Shown here: positions 27,891 to 48,719 of the stretch, piece by piece | Position numbering within the stretch: the first letter of the stretch is position 1 | How the letters are laid out: each line of letters opens with the position of its first letter | Assembly: GCF_009914755.1 (NCBI RefSeq) | Contig: NC_060947.1 | Direction: 5' to 3' (one strand) | Length of the DNA: 64,000 nucleotides | Source: the human T2T-CHM13v2.0 reference genome, Homo sapiens | Program-made: the position numbers and the translations under genes | The notes under the pieces: generated by a model | What the model was told of the DNA's origin: nothing | Databases searched by the model: none | Seen by the model: only the letters and a program-made list of their open reading frames with translations

Positions 27891-27899
27891 TTAAAAAAA

Positions 27900-30772
27900 A
27901 AATATTTTAGGTTCAGGGTACATGTGCACGTTTGTCATATAGGTTAATGTGTTTCTGAGAGGTGTGTTGTATGGATCATTTTGTCACCCAGGTAATTAGC
28001 AGAGTACCTGATACATATTTTTTCTGATTCTCTCCCTCCTCCTACCCTCCTTCCTCAAGTAGGCCTCTGTGTCTGTTGTTTCCCTCTTTGTGTCCCTGTG
28101 TTCCTGTTGTTTAACTCCCACTTATAAGTGAGAACATACAGTATTGGGTTTTGTATTCCTGTGTTAGTTTGCTTAGGATAATGTCCTCCAGCTTCATCCA
28201 TGTTGCTGCAAAGGACATGATCTTATTTTTTATGGCTGCATAGTATTCCATGGAGTATATGTACCACATTTTCTCTATCCAGTCTACTGTTGATGGGCAT
28301 TTAGGTTGATTCCATGTCCTTGCTATTGTCAGCAGTACTGCAGTGAACATATGTGTGCATGTATCTTTATGGTAGAACAATTTATATTCCTTTGGGTATA
28401 TACCCAGTCATGGGATTGCTGGGACAAACAATGATTGTGTTTTAAGCTCTTTGAGGAATCACCACACCATTTTCTACAGTGGTTTTCACATTTTCTACAT
28501 TCCCACCAGCAGTTAAGTATCTCCTTTTCTATGCAACCTCAACAGCACCTCTCATTTTTTGACCTTTTAATAATAGCTATTCTGACTGACGTGAGATAGT
28601 ATCTCACTGTGGTTTTGATTTTCATTTCTCTAATGATTAGTGATATTGATTTTTTATGTGTTGCTTGGCCACGTTTATGTCTTCTTTTGAAAAGTATCTA
28701 TTCATGTCCTTTGCCCACTTTTTAATGGGTTGGTTTGTTTTTTCTTGGAAATTTAAGTTCTTTCTAGATTATGGATATTAAAACTTTGTTGAATGCATAG
28801 TTTGCAAATTAGTTTTCCCCATTTTGTACATTGTTTTTTCTGTTGATAGTTTCTTTGGCTATGCAGAAGCACTTTAGTTTAATTAGGTTCAATTTGTCCA
28901 TTTTTGCTTTTGTTGCAGTTACTTTTGGCATCTTCATTATTAAATCTTTTCCAGTTCCTACGTCCAGAAGGGTATTTCCTAGATTATCTTCCAGTGTTTT
29001 AATAGTTTTGGGTTTTACATTTAAGTCTTTAATTCATTGAGTTAATTTTTTATATGATGTAGGAAAGTGGTCCAGTGTTTTGTAACTCTTGTTGTAGAGG
29101 TCTTTCACCTCCCTAATTAGCTGTTTGCCTAGTTATTTTATTCTTTTTATGGTAATTGTGAATTGAACTACATTTCTGATTTGGCTCTCAGCTTGAATGT
29201 TGTTAGCATATAGGAATGCTACTGATTTTTGTATGTTGATTTTGTATTGTGAAACTTTGCTGAAGTTGTTTATCAGCTCAAGGAGCTTTTAGGCAGAGAA
29301 TATGGGGCTTTCTAGATGAAGAATCTTGTCATCTGCAAACTGATAGTTTGACTTCCTCACTTTTTATTTGGATGCTCTTTATTTCCTTTTCTTACCTGAT
29401 TGTCCTTGCCAGGATTTCCAATACAATATTTAATAGGAGTGGTGAGAGAAGACATCCTTGTCTTGTGTCAGTTTTCCATGGGAATGCTTCCAGCTTTCAT
29501 CCATTATTCGGTATGGTGTTGGCTGTGGGTTTGTTCTAGATGTGTCTTATTACTTTAAAGTATATTCCTTCAATGGCCTAGTTTATTGAGGGTTTTTAAC
29601 ATGACAGGATATTGATTTTGTGAAAGCGTTTTCTGCATCTATTGAGATAATCATGTGGTTTTTGTTTTTAGTTCTGTTTATGTGATGAATCACATTTATT
29701 TATTTTCATATATTGAACCAAGCTTGCATCCCAGGGATAAATCTTACTTGATCATGGCAGATTACCCTTTTGCTGTGCTGCTGGATTGAGTTTGCTAGTA
29801 TTTTGTTGAGGATTTTTACATCTATGTTCATCAAGGATATTGGCCTGAAGTTTTCTTTTTGTGTGTGTCTCTGCCAACTGATTCAGTTTCAGAACTTGTT
29901 ATTAGTTAGTTCAGGGATTCAGTTTCTTCCTTCTTCAGTCTGGGGAGGATGAGTGTGTGTAGGAATTTGTCCATTTCTTCTAAATTTTCTTGTTTGTGTG
30001 TATAGAGGTGTTTATAGTACTCTCTGATGGGATTCTTTTTGTATTTATGTGTCATTTCTAATATTCCCTTTGTTATTTCTAATTGTATTTATTTGGATCT
30101 CTTTTTTTCTTTATTAGTCTAACAAGCAGTCTACCTTACTAATTTTTTCAAAGAAGACACTCCTGGATTTGTTGATCTTTTGTATGGTTTTCTCTAGAAT
30201 TTCCTTCAATTCAGCTCTGATTTTGGTTATTTCTTGTTTTCTGCTAGCTTTGTGGTTAGTTTGCTCTTGCTTCTCTAGGTCTTCTAGTTGTGGTTTAGGT
30301 TGTTAATTTGAGATGTTTCTAACTTTTTGATGTGGACATTTAGTGCTATAAATTTCCCTTTTAACACTGCCTTAGCCATGTCCCAGAGATTCTGGTACAT
30401 TATTATCATGTTCTCATTAGTTTCAAAAAATTTCTTGATTTCTGCCTGAATTTTATTTTTCACCTAGAAGTCATTCAGGAACAGGTTGTTTAGTTTCCCT
30501 GTAACTGTATGGTTTTGAGTTATTTTCTCAGTATTTATTTCTGTTTTTATTGTGCTGTGGTCTGAGATTGTGGTTGGTATGATTTTTTTTTAATTTGCTG
30601 AGGATTGTTTTGTCTGATTGTGTGGTCAATTTTATAATATGTGCCATGTGTCAATGAGAAGAATGTATGTCGCATTGTTTTGGAGTGAAGAGTTCTGTAG
30701 ATATTGATTAGGTCCATTTGGTAATGTTGAGTTTGGGACCTTTATATCTTTGTTAATTTTCTGCCTTGATCT
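27900..30772 (-). mobile_element. L1PA13-16-age element, 3'UTR plus ORF2 with internal deletions
   Basis: Older-type 3'UTR (tcacccaggtaattagc...tctccctcctcctaccctcc); ORF 28111-28380 is the ORF2 C-terminus; jumps in ORF2 colinearity at ~29077 and ~29877. Confidence 0.82.
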
Positions 30773-31756
30773 AACTGAAACTTTGTATCCTTTGACCAAT
30801 ATCTCACCTTTCCTCTTCCCCAAACCCCTTTTACTGGTAACCACCGTTCCACTCTCTACTTTTATGAGATCAATTTTTTTAAATTTCATTATTATTATAC
30901 TTTAAGTTTTAGGGTACATGTGCATAATGTGCAGGTTAGTTACCTACGTATACATGTGCCATGCTGGTGTGCTGCACCCATTAACTCGTCATTTAGCATT
31001 AGGTATATCTCCTAAAGCCATCCCTTCCCCCCTCCCCCCACACCACAACAGTCCCCAGAGTGTGATGTTCCCCTTCCTGTGTCCATGTGTTCTCATTGTT
31101 CAGTTCCCACCTGTGAGTGAGAATATGTGGTGTTTGGTTTTTTGTTCTTGCGATGGTTTACTGAGAATGATGATTTCCAATTTCATCCATGTCCCTACAA
31201 AGGACATGAACTCATCATTTTTTAGGGCTGCATAGTATTCCATGGTGTATATGTGCCACATTTTCTTAATCCAGTCTATCATTGTTGGACATTTGGGTTG
31301 ATTCCAAGTCTTTGCTATTGTGAATAGTGCCACAATAAACATACGTGTGCATGTGTCTTTAGAGCAGCATGATTTATAGTCCTTTGGGTATATACCCAGT
31401 AAAGGGATGGCTGGGTCAAATGGTATTTCTAGTTCTAGATCCCTGAGGAATCGCCACACTGACTTCCACAAGGATCGAACTAGTTTACAATCCCACCAAC
31501 AGTGTAAAAGTGTTCCTATTTTTCCACATCCTCTCCAGCACCTGTTGTTTCCTGACTTTTTAATGATTGCCATTCTAACTGGTATGAGATGGTATCTCAT
31601 TGTGGTTTTGATTTGCATTTCTCTGATGGCCAGTGATGATGAGCATTTTTTCATGTGTTTTTTGGCTGCATAAATGTCTTCTTTTGAGAAGTGTCTGTTC
31701 ATGTCCTTCGCCCACCTTTTGATGGCGTTGTTTGTTTTTTTCTTGTAAATTTGTTA

Positions 31757-33352
<1,596 letters not shown>

Positions 33353-33944
33353 CTTTGTGGTTTATCTACTTTTGGTCTTTGATGATGGTGACGTACAGAT
33401 GGGTTTTTGGTGTGGATGTCCTTTCTGTTTGTTAGTTTTCCTTCTAACAGACAGGACTCTCAGCTGCAGGTCTGTTGGAGTTTGCTAGAGTTCCACTCCA
33501 GACCCTGTTTGCCTGGGTATCAGCAGCGGTGGCTGCAGAACAGCGGTGGCTGTAGAACAGCGGATATTGGTGATCTGCAAATGCTGCTGCCTGATCGTTC
33601 CTCTGGAAGTTTTGTCACAGAGGAGTACCCGGCCATGTGAGGTGTCAGTCTGCCCCTACTGGGGGGTGCCTCCAAGTTAGGCTGCTCGGGGGTCAGGGAC
33701 CCACTTGAGGAGGCAGTCTGCCCGTTCTCAGATCTCCAGCTGCATGCTGGGAGAACCACTACTCTCTTCAAAGCTGTCAGACAGGGACATTTAAGTCTGC
33801 AGAGGTTACTGCTGTCTTTTTGTTTGTCTGTGCCCTGCCCCCAGAAGTGGAGCCTACAGAGGCAGGCAGGCCTCCTTGAGCTGTGGTGGGCTCCACCCAG
33901 TTCAAGCTTCCCGGCTGCTTTGTTTACCTAATCAAGCCTGGGCA

Positions 33945-34124
33945 ATGGCAGGCGCCCCTCCCCCAGCCTCACTGCCGCCTTGCATTTTGATCTCAGACTG
34001 CTGGGCTAGCAATGAGCCAGACTCCATGGGCGTAGGACCCTCCAAGCCAGGTGCAGTATATAATCTCCAGGTGTGCTCTTTTTTAAGCCCATTTTGGAAA
34101 AGCGCAGTATTAGGGTGGGAGTGA
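33945..34124 (+). pseudogene. ORF0: L1 antisense ORF0, frameshifted near its 3' end (59 aa)
   Basis: MAGAPPPASLPPCILISDCWASNEPDSMGVGPSKPG matches the ORF0 N-terminus; the C-terminus diverges after FLSP. Confidence 0.85.
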
Positions 34125-34464
34125 CCCAATTTTCCAGGTGCCGTCTGTCATCCAGGTTTGCTGTTTTTTTAAGCCCATTTTGGAAAAGCGCAGTATTAGG
34201 GTGGGAGTGACCCAATTTTCCAGGTGCCGTCTGTCATCCCTTTCTTTGACTAGGAACGGGTACTCCCTGACCCCTTGCACTTCCGGAGTGAGGCAGTGCC
34301 TCGCCCTGCTTCGACTCACACCCGGTGCGCTGCACCCACTGTCCTGCACCCACTGTCTGGCACTCCCTAGTGAGATGAACCTGGTACCTCAGATGGAAAT
34401 GCAGAAATCACCCGTCTTCTGCGTCGCTCACGCTGGGAGCTGTAGACCAGAGCTGTTCCTATTC

Positions 34465-34474
34465 GGCCATCTTG
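34465..34474 (-). promoter_or_regulatory. YY1 site of the L1 internal promoter
   Basis: CAAGATGGCC intact at the L1 5' end. Confidence 0.85.
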
Positions 34475-36471
34475 GCTCCGGAAGCTGAGATCAATTTTTT
34501 TAGATTCCACATATAAGTGAGATCACACAGTATCTATCTGTGCCTGGCTTTTATCACTTAACATAATGTCTTTCAGGCTATCTATGTTGTCAAAAATGAT
34601 AGAATTTTCTTTTCTTAATGCTGCATAGAATTCTATCATGTATATGTGCTACATTTTCTTTATTCATTAGTCCATTGATGGACACTTAGGTATCTCTCTA
34701 TCTTGGCTATTGTGAATAATGCTGCAGTGAACATGGGAGTTCAGATACCCATTTGTCATACTTATTTCAATTTTTTTGGATGTATACCCAGAAGTGGGAT
34801 TGCTGGATTATATGGGAATTCTATTTTTAGTTTTTTGAGGAACATCCATACTGTTTTCCATAACAGCTGTATTAATTTACATTTCTGTCAACAGTGTCAA
34901 AGAATTCCCTTTATTCTACATCCTCACCAACACTTGTTATCTTTTGTCTTTTTCATAGTAGCCATTCTAATAGGTGTGAGGTAATATCTCATTATGGTAT
35001 TCATTTGAATTGCCCTGATGATTAGTGATGTTGAGCACCTTTTTATATACCTGTTGGCTACCTGTATGTCTTCTTTTGAGAAGTATCTATTCAGATCCTC
35101 CACCTATTTTTGGTAATTGGATTGTTTTACTACAGTTTGAGTTTCTTATGTTTTGGATATTAGCCTTGTCAGATGTATGGTTTGCAAATATTTTCTCCCA
35201 ATCCATGCAATTGTCTCTTCACTCTGTTAATTATTTCCTTTGCAAAGCAAAGGAAATAGTTTCATGCAGTCCTGTTCATTTATTTCTGCTTTTGTTGCCT
35301 GCGCTTTTACCAAGAAATTACTACCCAGACCAGTGTCATGGAGTTTTTACCCTATGTTTTCTTCTAGTAGTTTTATATTTTCAGGTCTTGCATTTAAGTC
35401 TTCAATCAATTTTGAGCTGATTTTTATGTATGGTATGAGGTAAGGGTCCAATTTTATTCCTCTGCATGTGGATATTCAGTTGTTCCAATATCATTTATTA
35501 AAGAGACTGTCCTTTCTGTATTGTGTGTTCTTAGCAACTTTGTCAAACCAATTGACCATGGTTTGACCATGAGTAAACATAGGTTTATTTCTGGGCACTC
35601 TATCCTGTTCTATTGTCCAGTGTGTCTGTATTTATGCTGTTACCATGCAGTTTTGATTTTTATAGCTTTGTAATATATTTTGAAATCAGGTAGTGTGAGG
35701 TCTCCAGCTTTGTTCTTTTTTCTCAAGACTGTTTTGGCTATTTGCAATCTTTTGTGGTTCCAAGTGAATTTTAGGAAATGCTTTTTCTATTTTTGTGAAA
35801 TATAAAATTGGAATTTTCATAGGAATTGCACAAACACAAAATATCCTTCCATTTGTGTGTTCTTCCATTTCTATTATCATTGTTTTGCAGTTTTCAGGAT
35901 ACAGATCTTTCACATCCTAAGTGAACTTTAATCCTGAGTACAGTTTTGTGATGCTATTGTAAATGGAATTGCTTTCTTAATTTCTTTCTTAGTTTGTAGC
36001 ATATAGAAACACAACTGAAACTTGTATGTTGATTTTGTATCTTGTAAATTTACTGAATTTGTTTATCAACTCCAACAGTTTTTTGGTGGAATCTGTCAGG
36101 TTTTCTATTTATAGGATAAGGTCATAAGCAAACAGAGACAATTTCACTTCTGTCTGACTTTGTTAGCTTTTATTTCTTTGTTGTAATTCCGTTTGTCTAT
36201 TTTTACTTTCAAAGTTTTATCCATAAAATCTTTGACCCAGACCAATACCTTGAAGCATTTCTCCAACTTTTCCTATAGTAGTTTCATAGTTTCAGGTCTT
36301 ACATTTAAGTCTAAAATACATTTCTATTTGATTTTTGTATATGGTGAGAGATAGGATTCTAGTTTCATTCTTCTGCATATGGATATCCAGTTTTCCCAGT
36401 ACCATTTATTGAAGAGGATACACTTTACCCATGGTATGTCTTTGGTGCCTTCATTGAAAGTCAGTTGGCTG

Positions 36472-42719
<6,248 letters not shown>

Positions 42720-44627
42720 GAAAATCAGTTGGCTGTAAAATATGTGGATTTACTTCAGGGTCTTCTGTTCTGTCCTGGTGTATGTGTCTGTTTTTTATGC
42801 CAGTTTCATGCTGCTTTGGTTACTGTAGCTTAGTAGTATATTTTGAAATTATTTTAGTGCCTACAGCTTTGTTCTTTTTGTGCAAGATTGCTTTGCTTAT
42901 TCAGGGTGTTGTGTATTTCCATTCACATTTTATAATTATTTTCTCTTTCTATGAAGAATGTAATTTGTATTGTGATTGGGAATGCATTGAATTTGTATAT
43001 TGCTTCGGGTAGTGTGGACATTTTAACAATGTTAATTCTTCTAACCTATTAGCATGGGCTGTCTTTCCGTGTTTTTGTGTGTGTGCCCTTTTTAATTTCT
43101 TTCATCAATGTTTTATGATTTTCATTACAGAAATCTTTTACCTCTTTGAGTAAATCTATTCCTAAAAAATTTTTTGTATCTATTGTAAATGGGATTTTTC
43201 GAAATTTCTTTTTCAGATTGTTTATTGTTGGCATATAGATATGCTACTGACATTCATGTGTTGATTTTGCATCCTGCAACTTTACTGAATTTGAAAGATT
43301 GGTGACATCTTTAGGCTTTCCTAATTATATATGATCATGTCATCTGCAAATAGGACAATTTTAGTTCTTTCTTCCTTTGTTGCTTTATATTTCTTCCTTT
43401 TGCCTTATTGCTGTGGCTAAAACTTCTAGTAAAATTTTGGTCAAAATAGTGAAAGTGGACATCCTGGTTTTGTTCCAGATCTTAAAGGAAACACTTTCAA
43501 TTTTTCCCTATTTAGTATAATGTTAGCTGTGGTTTTATCATATATGGGCATTATTGTTTTTGAGATATATTTCTTCTGTACTCAGTTTGCTGAGAGTTTT
43601 TACTTTGAAGGTTGTTGAATTTTATCAAATGCTTTTTCTGCACTGATTAAAATGATTTATATTTTTACTCTTTTATTCTGTTGATATGGTTTATCACATT
43701 TACTGATTGTGTATGTTGCGCTATCCTTACATTCCTGGGATAAATCCCACTTGATCATGGTATTTATCTTTTTAATGTGTTACTAGATATTCATTTTGCT
43801 AGTATTTTGTTGAGGACTTTTGCATTTATGTTCATGACGTATATTAGCCTGTAGTTTTTCTCTTGTATTCTTCTCTGGCTTTGGTATCAGGTTAATGCGG
43901 GCCTTGTAGAATGAATTAGGAAGCATTTCTTTGTTTTCAGTTTTTTAGAGTAGTTTGAGAGGAATTGTTATTAGTTCTTCTTTAAAAGTTTGGCAGAATT
44001 CAGCCATAAAGCCATCCACTCCTGGGCATTTTGTTGTTTTGAGATGTTTTATTGGTGAATGAATCACATTTCACATTATTGGTCTGTTCAGATTTTAGTG
44101 TTCTTTCTGATTCCGTCTTGGTAAATTTGTCCAGGAATTTGTCCATTATTTTGGTTTTCCAGTTTGTTGGCATATAGTTCATAACAGTCTCTAGTGATTC
44201 TTTTTATTTCTGTAGTATCCCTTATAATGTCTCCTTTTTCAATTTGATTTTATTTATTTGGCTTTTTCTTTTATTTTAAGTTCAAAGGTACATGTGGCAA
44301 ATATGCAGGTTTGTTACATAGGTAAATGTGTGCCATGATGGTTTGCCGTGCAGATCATCCCATCACCTAGGTATTAAGCCCACCATCCATTAGTTGTTCT
44401 TTCTGATACTCTTCATTCTCACCTCCCACCCTCTGACAAGCCCCAGTGTGTTGTTCCCCACTGTGTGTCTGTGTGTTCTCATCATTCAGCTCCAATTTAT
44501 GAGTGAGAATGCGGGTATTTGGTTTTCTCTTCCTGCGTTATTTGCTGAGGATAATGGCCTCGAGCTCCATTCATGTCACTTCAAAGGATACAATCGCATT
44601 CCTTTTCATGGCTACATAATATTCCGT

Positions 44628-44963
44628 GGTGGTGGTGTGTGTGTGCGTGTGTGTGTGTGTATGTGTGTATGTATATATATACACACACACTATATACACT
44701 ATATATACACACATACAAACACTATATACACACAATATTGTGGGTGTGTATATATATGTACATATATATACAATATTGTGTATATATAGTGTGTGTATAT
44801 ATATACATATATACACAATATTGTGTATATATATATACATATATACACAATATTGTGTATATATATATACATATATATACAATATTGTGTATATATAGTG
44901 TGTGCATATATATACATATATATACAATATTGTGTATATATAGTGTGTGTATATATATATATA

Positions 44964-44996
<33 letters not shown>

Positions 44997-45004
44997 CACA
45001 CACC
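44628..45004. repeat. Complex (TG)n/(TA)n/(CA)n minisatellite with six acaatattgtg cores
   Basis: Directly visible; cores at ~44732, 44770, 44816, 44847, 44879, 44924. Confidence 0.95.
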
Positions 45005-46380
45005 ACATTATCAAGTCTATCATTGATGGGCATTTCTGTTGATTCCATTGATTCTTTTGATTCTCTCTTTGCTGTTGTGAGTAGTGCTGCAATTAACATA
45101 TGCATGCTTATCTTTATAATAGAATGATTTATATTCCTTTGGTATATTCCCAGCAATGGGATTGCTGGGTCAAATAGTATTTCTGCCTCTAGGTATTTGA
45201 GGAATTGCCACACTCTCTTCCATAATGGTTAAACTAATTTACACTCCCACCAATGGTGTAAAAGCATTCCTTTGCCTCCACAACCTCACTAGCATCTGTT
45301 GTTTTTTGACTTTTTAATAATAGGCATTCTAACTGATGTGAGATCGTATCTCATTGTAGTTTTGATTTGCATTACTCTAATGATCAGTGATATTGAGCAT
45401 TTTTTATGTTTGTTAGGCATTTGTATGTCTTCCTTTGAGAGGTGTCTGTTTATGTCTTTTGCCCACTTTTTAATGGATTTTTCTCTTGTTAAGTTTGTTT
45501 AAGGTCCTTGTAGATGCTAGATATTAGACCTTTTCAGATGGATGGATTGCAAAAATTTTCTCCTATTCTGTAGATTTTTTGTTCACCCTGATAATAGTTT
45601 ATTTTGCTGTGCAGAAGCTCTTTAGTTTAACTAGATCCCATTTGTCAATTTTTGCTTTTGTTGCAATTGCTTTTGGCATCTTCATCGTGAAATGTTTGTT
45701 CCTGTCTATTTCCTGAATGGTGTTGCCTAGATTTTCTTTTAGGGATTTTATAGTTTGGGGTTTTATATTTAAGTCTTTCATCAGTCTTGAGTTGATTTTT
45801 ATGTATGGTATAAGGAAGAGGTCTATTTTTCAGTTTTTTGCATATGGCTAGCCAGTTCTCCCAGCACCATTTCTTAAACATGGAATCCTTTCCCATTGCT
45901 TGTTTTTCTCAGGTTTGTCAAACATCAGTTGGTTGTAGGTGTGCAGTCTTAGTTCTGGGTTCTCTATTCTGTTCCAATGGTCTGTGTGTCTGTTCTTTTA
46001 CCAGTACCATGCTGTTTTGATTACTGTAGCCTTGTAGTATAGTTCAGAGTCAGGTAGCGTGATGCCTTCAGCTTTATTGTTTTTTGCTTAGGATAGCCTT
46101 GGCCATTCAAGCTCTTTTTTTGTGTCATATGAATTTTAAAATAGTTTTTCTAAGTCTGTGAAGAATGTCAGTGGTAGTTTAATGGGAATAGCATTGCATT
46201 TATAAATTGCTTTGGGCAGTGTGGTTATTTTCACAATATTGATTCTTCCTATCCGTGAGCCTGGAATTTTTTCCACTTGTTTGTGTCATTTCTGATTTCT
46301 TTGAGCAGTGTTTTGTAGCTCTCCTTGAAGAGGTCCTTTACTTCCCTTGTAGGCTATATTCCTAGGTATTTTATATTCTT

Positions 46381-46685
<305 letters not shown>

Positions 46686-47572
46686 GTATTTTATACTCTT
46701 ATTGTGGAAATTGTGAATGGGAGTTCATTCATGATTTGGCTCTTGGCTTGCCTGTTGTTGGTGTATAGGAATGCCAGTGATTTTTGCACATTGATTTTGT
46801 ATCTTGTAACTTTCCTGAAGTTGCTTATCAACTTAAGCTTTTGGGCTGAGACATTGGGATGTTCTAGATATAGAATCAGGTCAACTGCAAATAAAGATAG
46901 TTTAACTTCCTCTCTTGATATTTGAATATGCTTTATTTCTTTTTCTTGCCTAATTGCCCTAGTCAGAACTTCCAATACTATGTTGAATAGGAATGGTGAG
47001 GGGGCATTCTTGTGTTTTCCCAATTTTCAAGGAGAATGCTTCCAGCTTTTGCTCATTCAGTATGATATTGGCTGTAGATTTTTCATTTATGGCTCTTATC
47101 ATTTTGAGGTATATTCCTTCAATATCTAGGTTATTGAGAGCTTTTAACATGAAGGGATGTTGAATTTTATTGAAGGCCTTTTTTTGTCTATTGAGATAAT
47201 TATGTAGTTTTTTTCTTTACTTCTGTTTATGTGATGAATCACATTTTTTGATTTGTATACGTTGAACCAACCTTGTATTCCAGGGAGAAAGACAACTTGA
47301 TCATGGTGGATAAGCCTTTTAATGTGCTGCTGGATTTGGATTGCCAGTATTTTGTTGAGGATTTTTGCATTGATGTCGTCAAGGATATTGGCCTGAAGGT
47401 TTTTTTGTTGTTGTTGTGTATCTGCCATTTTGGGGGTATTAGGATGATGCTGGCTTCATCAAATAAATTAGGGAGGAGTCTCTCCTTTTCAATTTATTGG
47501 AATAGTTTTAGTAGGAATGGTACCAGCTCTTCTTTGTACCCCTGCTAGAATTCAGCTGTGAATCCTGGTCCT

Positions 47573-47608
<36 letters not shown>

Positions 47609-48200
47609 GTTGGTAGGCTATTTATTACGGCCGCAACTTCAGAACTCATTATTGGTCTATTCAGGGATTCACTTTCTTCCTGGTTCAGTCCTAGGAGGTT
47701 GTATGTGCCCAGGAAAATATCCGTTTCTTCTTTATTTTCTAGTTTATGTGTATAGAGGTATTTATAGTATTCTCTGATGGTTTGTTGTATTTCTATGTGG
47801 TCAGTGGTGTTATTTTCCTTATCATTTCTGATTGTGTTTACTTGATAATCTTCTCTCTTTTTTTCTTTATTAGTCTAGGTAGAATTCTATTTTATTATTT
47901 AAAAAAAAATCCATCTCCTGGATTTGTTTTTTGAAGGTTTCTTTTTGTGTCTCTATCTCTTTCAGTTCCACTCTGATCTTGCATATTTCTTATCTGCTAC
48001 TAAATTTGGCATGTTTGTTCTTGGTTCTCTAGTTCTTTTTGTTGTGATGTTAGGTTGCTAACTTGAGGTCTTTCTAGCATTTTGATGTGGGCATTTAGTG
48101 CTATAAATTTCCCTCTTAACACTGCTTTAGCTGCATCCCAGAGATTCTGGCACATTTTATCTTCGTTCTCATTTGTTTAAAGAACTTCTTGATTTCTTTC

Positions 48201-48685
48201 TGCCAAGTCTGACTGGCAGACCCTGGCCAAGCAATGGATGAAAAAATTTATGCAGACACAGGTTTTTTGCCTGGCCGTGTGGCTAGGGGACCAGGCCACC
48301 CACAGACACTGAGGAGGGTGCCATAAAGAGTCCCAGCAGCCATGGCCCTGACAAGCCAGTGCTGCGGGGATTTATTTAGCACAGGTTTAATGACAAAGGC
48401 TTTGAGTCAACGTACTTGTGGGTAATTAACATGGTCACCTCCCTGGAGAGAGCAGCACTGCACACAAATGATTAAAGGCCAGGTTCCAAGGCCTAAGTAA
48501 AGTAACTTATCTAGATCAATTCCTTTACACTTCCTTGTTATCTACCTCTTGCTCTCAGGCTCTGGATAAGAGAATTTGGCTGCCTTCAGTCAAATTATCT
48601 TTCAAAGCTTTTGCAAAACCTGGCCTTCCAAGAAGGTTTGTGTTTTTCCTATAATTTCTCCCACCACCCTGAATGATCTCCTACA
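48201..48685 (-). repeat. 3' LTR (LTR22-like)
   Basis: Direct repeat of 55041-55528; preceded on the minus strand by the polypurine tract aaagaaaaggggaaga (~48686-48701). Confidence 0.92.
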
Positions 48686-48719
48686 TCTTCCCCTTTTCTT
48701 TTTTTTTTTTTTTTTTTTT

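Noticed and set aside
44730-44935. Regularly spaced palindromic repeats resembling a CRISPR array
   Set aside because: Spacers are near-identical low-complexity dinucleotide runs, the context is eukaryotic, and there are no cas genes.
44394-45213. Many long Y/I/H/T/C/V-rich ORFs on both strands
   Set aside because: They are stop-poor frames of the (TA/TG/CA)n minisatellite, not proteins.
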